From NCBI GenBank assembly GCA_965649205.1, contig CBFGJV010000008.1, forward strand, positions 1 to 64,000: 64,000 nucleotides of DNA. The letters are read 5' to 3'. The position numbers and the translations under genes were made by a program. A model generated the notes under the pieces. That model had not been told where the DNA came from. It ran no database searches and saw only the letters and a list, made by a program, of their open reading frames with translations. Within the stretch, counting starts at the first letter, position 1, and the number at the start of each line of letters is the position of its first letter. This DNA comes from a candidate division WOR-3 bacterium. Its GTDB lineage: Bacteria; Hydrothermota; Tepidihabitantia; Tepidihabitantales; Tepidihabitantaceae. This document shows, in pieces, positions 60,933-64,000 of the stretch.

Positions 60933-63134
60933 ATGTTCAGGAGTAAATTTGGCTTTATTTTATGGGCGTTGGTTCTGGCGGTGGCTGTGGCTGCGGCAGG
61001 GAGTATCCACGCCTATCCGCAGCACGAGCAGTACTGGACTGGGCGGGTGATGAATGCGCAAGGAAGTTTCCGGAAGCTGGGGCCGGAGGTGATGTTTGGT
61101 AGGGGTGCAGACCCGGCTTTTCCTGCAGAAGCGAAGTGGCAGGGCTGGTTAAAGTTTGATTTGTCCGGCCTGCCGGATAATGCGGAAATAAAGTCTGTTT
61201 CTTTGTTCTATAATGTGATTTCGCCGGGGAACGGACCAGTACCCGCTACTTATGTGACAATAGTGGAGGTTGACCCGGTATTTGCTGCAGCCGAAGAGTT
61301 GTGGCAGGCGATAGTGGAGGGACAGATAGCGGCATCGGCCCTGAGTAGCAGCCGGGGTTGGGTGGAGCGGGCGTTGGATGAGGTTGGCAGAGAAGCTGTG
61401 CAGGCGGGGCTGGTCCGCGACTGGGTCGCTTTTGGTCTTTATGAGTTCGAGCCTGGTAATCATAAAGGTTACGCGCATGTGAAGGGATATCAGGCAGAGA
61501 AGTTCCGCCCGTATCTGAGGATAAGTTATCAGGCAGCAGATGTGGCGGTAGAGGATATATTCGGCCCGGAGGGAGAATTACCGGCCGATACGGTGGTGGT
61601 TCCGGTTGTTGTAATTGTAAATGAGGGCAGTCTGGATGCGTCGGCAGAGGTTACGGTTGTCATCAGCGACAGCGCAGGGTCAGTGTATGAGGAAACGGTG
61701 GAAGTTCCTACTGTCCCTGCTGGGGGGGAGCAGTCTGTAGCGCTGCCGGAATGGTTTCCTGCGGCCGGTGAGTTTACCGTAGTGGTGAATGTGGAAGTAG
61801 AAGGCGACGCCAACGTTTCTAATAATCAGTCTGTTTCTTGGGTGGTGGTTGTGCCTGAGCTGCCGCCGAGTCCTATTTCGAGTCCACGTCATGGCTGGGA
61901 AAGCGTGAAGCCGGTACCAGTGGGGCATAGTGCAGAGGAGGTACGTCAGGGCGGGTGGCTAGCAGTTGATAAAGGAAGTGGGTTGGTGTATGCCGCCCGC
62001 GGAGCTAAGAGCCGGCAGTTTTCCGTGTATGACCCGCGTAAGGGAAGTTGGAGCGCGTTGTCGCCGCTGCCGGTGAAGGCAGGCCGGGGAGCACGGGGCG
62101 TAGCAGACGGCAGGGGGAATGTGTTTTTTGTGCGGGGCGGAGGCACGCGCGAGTTCTGGCGCTATGTTGTGGCAGAAAATCGCTGGGAGAAGCTGCCGGA
62201 TGTTCCTTACGGCAACAGCGGCAAGGGCGTGAAGGCATTTGCCGATATGGTACACGTGAGTCGATACGGGCTGGATTTCATCTATCTGTTGCGAGGACCG
62301 CAGCAGGATTTTGCCCGCTACAATGTGCAAGCACGGAGCTGGGCAATGCTGGCAGATGCTCCTGCGGGTGCTGCGCCAGCCTGGAAGCAGGGTTCTTGGC
62401 TGGTGTATGATGGTGAGTCGAAGATATACGCACATAAAGCACCTGTGCATGAAATGTGGATATATGACTTGGAGGAAGAGAGCTGGGTCGGGCAGGTTCC
62501 GGCTATGCCTTATGCCAGAGAGGGAAGCAATAGCCGGCCGCGCCGGTTGAAAGAAGGGGGTTCTGCTGCATGGAGCGAAGACGGTATATACGCGCTGAAG
62601 GCAGGAAATACGCAGGAATTCTGGCGTTACGAGGTGAAGGGGGCGGTTTGGAAGGAAGCAGAGCCGATGCCGGCAGTGGGCACAAATCTGAAGAGGAAGA
62701 TGGCCGGACCAGGCGCAGACCTTGTGACATATCCTTTCAGTCGCGCATTGTACGCGTTCAAGGGCAACAGAACGTTTGAGTTTTGGCGTTATACTCTGCC
62801 GCCAAGACGGTCAAATGTTGCGGGCAGAACTGATCTTGTGCGCGCAAAAGAAATTCCTTCTGCCAGAAAGCTGGCTACGGTGGCAGTTGCGGTGCGGCCC
62901 AATCCTGTAGCCGGGCGACGGGCCAGTCTACATTTTTCTGCCCCGGTTGCCGGAAATATTCAGCTGGTTCTTTTTGATGCGTTAGGAAGAGTGCATCTGC
63001 AGAGCGTCGTACAGGCCGAAAGGAACATGTTGCATGCGCCGCTGGAATTGGGGAATATCCCCGCCGGCGTTTATGTACTGCAAGCCGAACTGGAGGGAAG
63101 TATAATCGGTTCGCAGTTCCTGGTAATAGACTGA
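60933..63134 (+). CDS. Secreted protein: DNRLRE-like domain, CARDB-like domain, kelch-like propeller, T9SS-like CTD
   Basis: Signal peptide; WLKFDLSGLP..RPYL; N.G..D.N.SNN; repeated LK.G.T.EFWRY; PNP..DALGR..GVY. Confidence 0.8.
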   Translation: MFRSKFGFILWALVLAVAVAAAGSIHAYPQHEQYWTGRVMNAQGSFRKLGPEVMFGRGADPAFPAEAKWQGWLKFDLSGLPDNAEIKSVSLFYNVISPGNGPVPATYVTIVEVDPVFAAAEELWQAIVEGQIAASALSSSRGWVERALDEVGREAVQAGLVRDWVAFGLYEFEPGNHKGYAHVKGYQAEKFRPYLRISYQAADVAVEDIFGPEGELPADTVVVPVVVIVNEGSLDASAEVTVVISDSAGSVYEETVEVPTVPAGGEQSVALPEWFPAAGEFTVVVNVEVEGDANVSNNQSVSWVVVVPELPPSPISSPRHGWESVKPVPVGHSAEEVRQGGWLAVDKGSGLVYAARGAKSRQFSVYDPRKGSWSALSPLPVKAGRGARGVADGRGNVFFVRGGGTREFWRYVVAENRWEKLPDVPYGNSGKGVKAFADMVHVSRYGLDFIYLLRGPQQDFARYNVQARSWAMLADAPAGAAPAWKQGSWLVYDGESKIYAHKAPVHEMWIYDLEEESWVGQVPAMPYAREGSNSRPRRLKEGGSAAWSEDGIYALKAGNTQEFWRYEVKGAVWKEAEPMPAVGTNLKRKMAGPGADLVTYPFSRALYAFKGNRTFEFWRYTLPPRRSNVAGRTDLVRAKEIPSARKLATVAVAVRPNPVAGRRASLHFSAPVAGNIQLVLFDALGRVHLQSVVQAERNMLHAPLELGNIPAGVYVLQAELEGSIIGSQFLVID

Positions 63135-63149
63135 GCAAGAAGAGTTAGA

Positions 63150-63180
63150 AAATAGGGCGGAGTTTTCCGCCCTATTTATT
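63150..63180. terminator. Intrinsic, possibly bidirectional, terminator
   Basis: AAATAGGGCGGA-GTTT-TCCGCCCTATTT. Confidence 0.8.
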
Positions 63181-63440
63181 TCGGGCGGAGCGGGCTATGT
63201 ATGCACCCTAGGGAAGGAAGGCTTCCTACCTCATTATTTTTTTACAGATGTGTTTGGCCGTAAGTAGGGACATATGTGTCTAATGTGTTAAAAAGCCGTT
63301 AGTTGTGATGTGGTCCTTTTCTGGGTTATTTTGTACGGGGTTAACTGTTTTTTGCTTGACTTAGGTGGGAGGGGGGGGTAATATATAATTGAACTTAGGT
63401 TACATCGAAGCGCGACTGTTGCGCTAGAGAGGAGACTTGT

Positions 63441-64000
63441 ATGTCTATACTAATCTCGAAGCGCCGGACCAAGAGGTCTGTTCTGGTCGTGTTGGTATTA
63501 CTGGCCACGGTAGCGATAAGCCGGGCCGGTTTTGTTTCTGACGCATTTCCCCAGTACAGCGAATTATGGACGGGCAGGGTTTATGGCAATCCCGGAAAGG
63601 ATGTTTTCCAAAAGTACAGCGGTGAGCCATTCGTAGGAAATGAGGCGGACCAGGGACAGTGGCGCGGCTGGATGAAGGCTGATTTGAGCGGAATTCCGGC
63701 TAATTCAGTCGTGACCGGTTGTACGCTGTATTGTTATGCTTATCCGGGGCCGAGTATGTCGGGCCGTTTCCGGACACAGACTCAGGGTGGCTGGGGTTCA
63801 GAGCCGAGAGGAGGGAATCCGGGTGCGTATCTGCACCAGAATTTCGCTGGGGCATTTCCTAACGGACTTGTTGTAGGCGGCAGGTATACGCTTACCCTTA
63901 CCAGTGCGCAGGCAGTTACAGAGTATCTGCCCGACGGAGGAACTCCAGTACCACTGACGAAAAACTGGGTGAATCCTGGGGCGACCGCAATATCGGTTTT
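63441..64000 (+). CDS. Secreted protein, truncated by the window end: DNRLRE-like start followed by TQGGWG domain
   Basis: SD GAGGAG plus ATG 63441; MSILISKRRTKRSVLVVLVLLA..AFPQYSELWTGRV..WMKADLSGIP..FRTQTQGGWG; open to the edge. Confidence 0.8.
   Translation, partial: MSILISKRRTKRSVLVVLVLLATVAISRAGFVSDAFPQYSELWTGRVYGNPGKDVFQKYSGEPFVGNEADQGQWRGWMKADLSGIPANSVVTGCTLYCYAYPGPSMSGRFRTQTQGGWGSEPRGGNPGAYLHQNFAGAFPNGLVVGGRYTLTLTSAQAVTEYLPDGGTPVPLTKNWVNPGATAISV

Noticed and set aside
63265..63282. Extra LexA box (ACATATGT core)
   Set aside because: Flanking GTAA/TTAC arms missing; not upstream of a repair gene
225..63630. Numerous short alternative-frame and antisense ORFs in the track
   Set aside because: Shadow ORFs of well-supported genes without recognisable motifs

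Overview
Bacterial chromosomal window that most likely contains the replication origin: dnaA (37871-39250), perfect DnaA boxes upstream of it, an AT-rich region downstream, a parS site inside hypF, and a + strand that looks C-rich to the left and G-rich to the right. The protein families (signal-peptide proteins with kelch-like and T9SS/FlgD-like C-terminal domains, a Bat operon, a V-type ATPase) suggest an FCB-related lineage such as candidate phylum WOR-3; this is inference from recall, not a database result. Housekeeping content: ABC/LolA-like export cluster, partial V-ATPase operon (C-F-A-B), murA-ispG, aminotransferase-lysC-scpB, pyrR-pyrB-pyrC, fucI plus a sulfatase, tRNA(CAT), hutH, hypF, M28 peptidase, GH38 mannosidase, moxR-bat operon. 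The most unusual signals are: (1) an unannotated degenerate 12-nt-period C-rich intergenic array (34.56-34.86 kb) with a decayed relative at 6.2-6.4 kb; (2) a lexA / stand-alone ImuB-C(DUF6504)-like / dinB cassette with a perfect 20-bp palindromic operator; (3) a recurring TTGACN-N16-TANNNT promoter architecture with many apparently leaderless genes; (4) a mobile 'TQGGWG/TIGFWG' domain shuffled among three secreted proteins. No CRISPR array, rRNA or transposase was seen. All calls are by eye.
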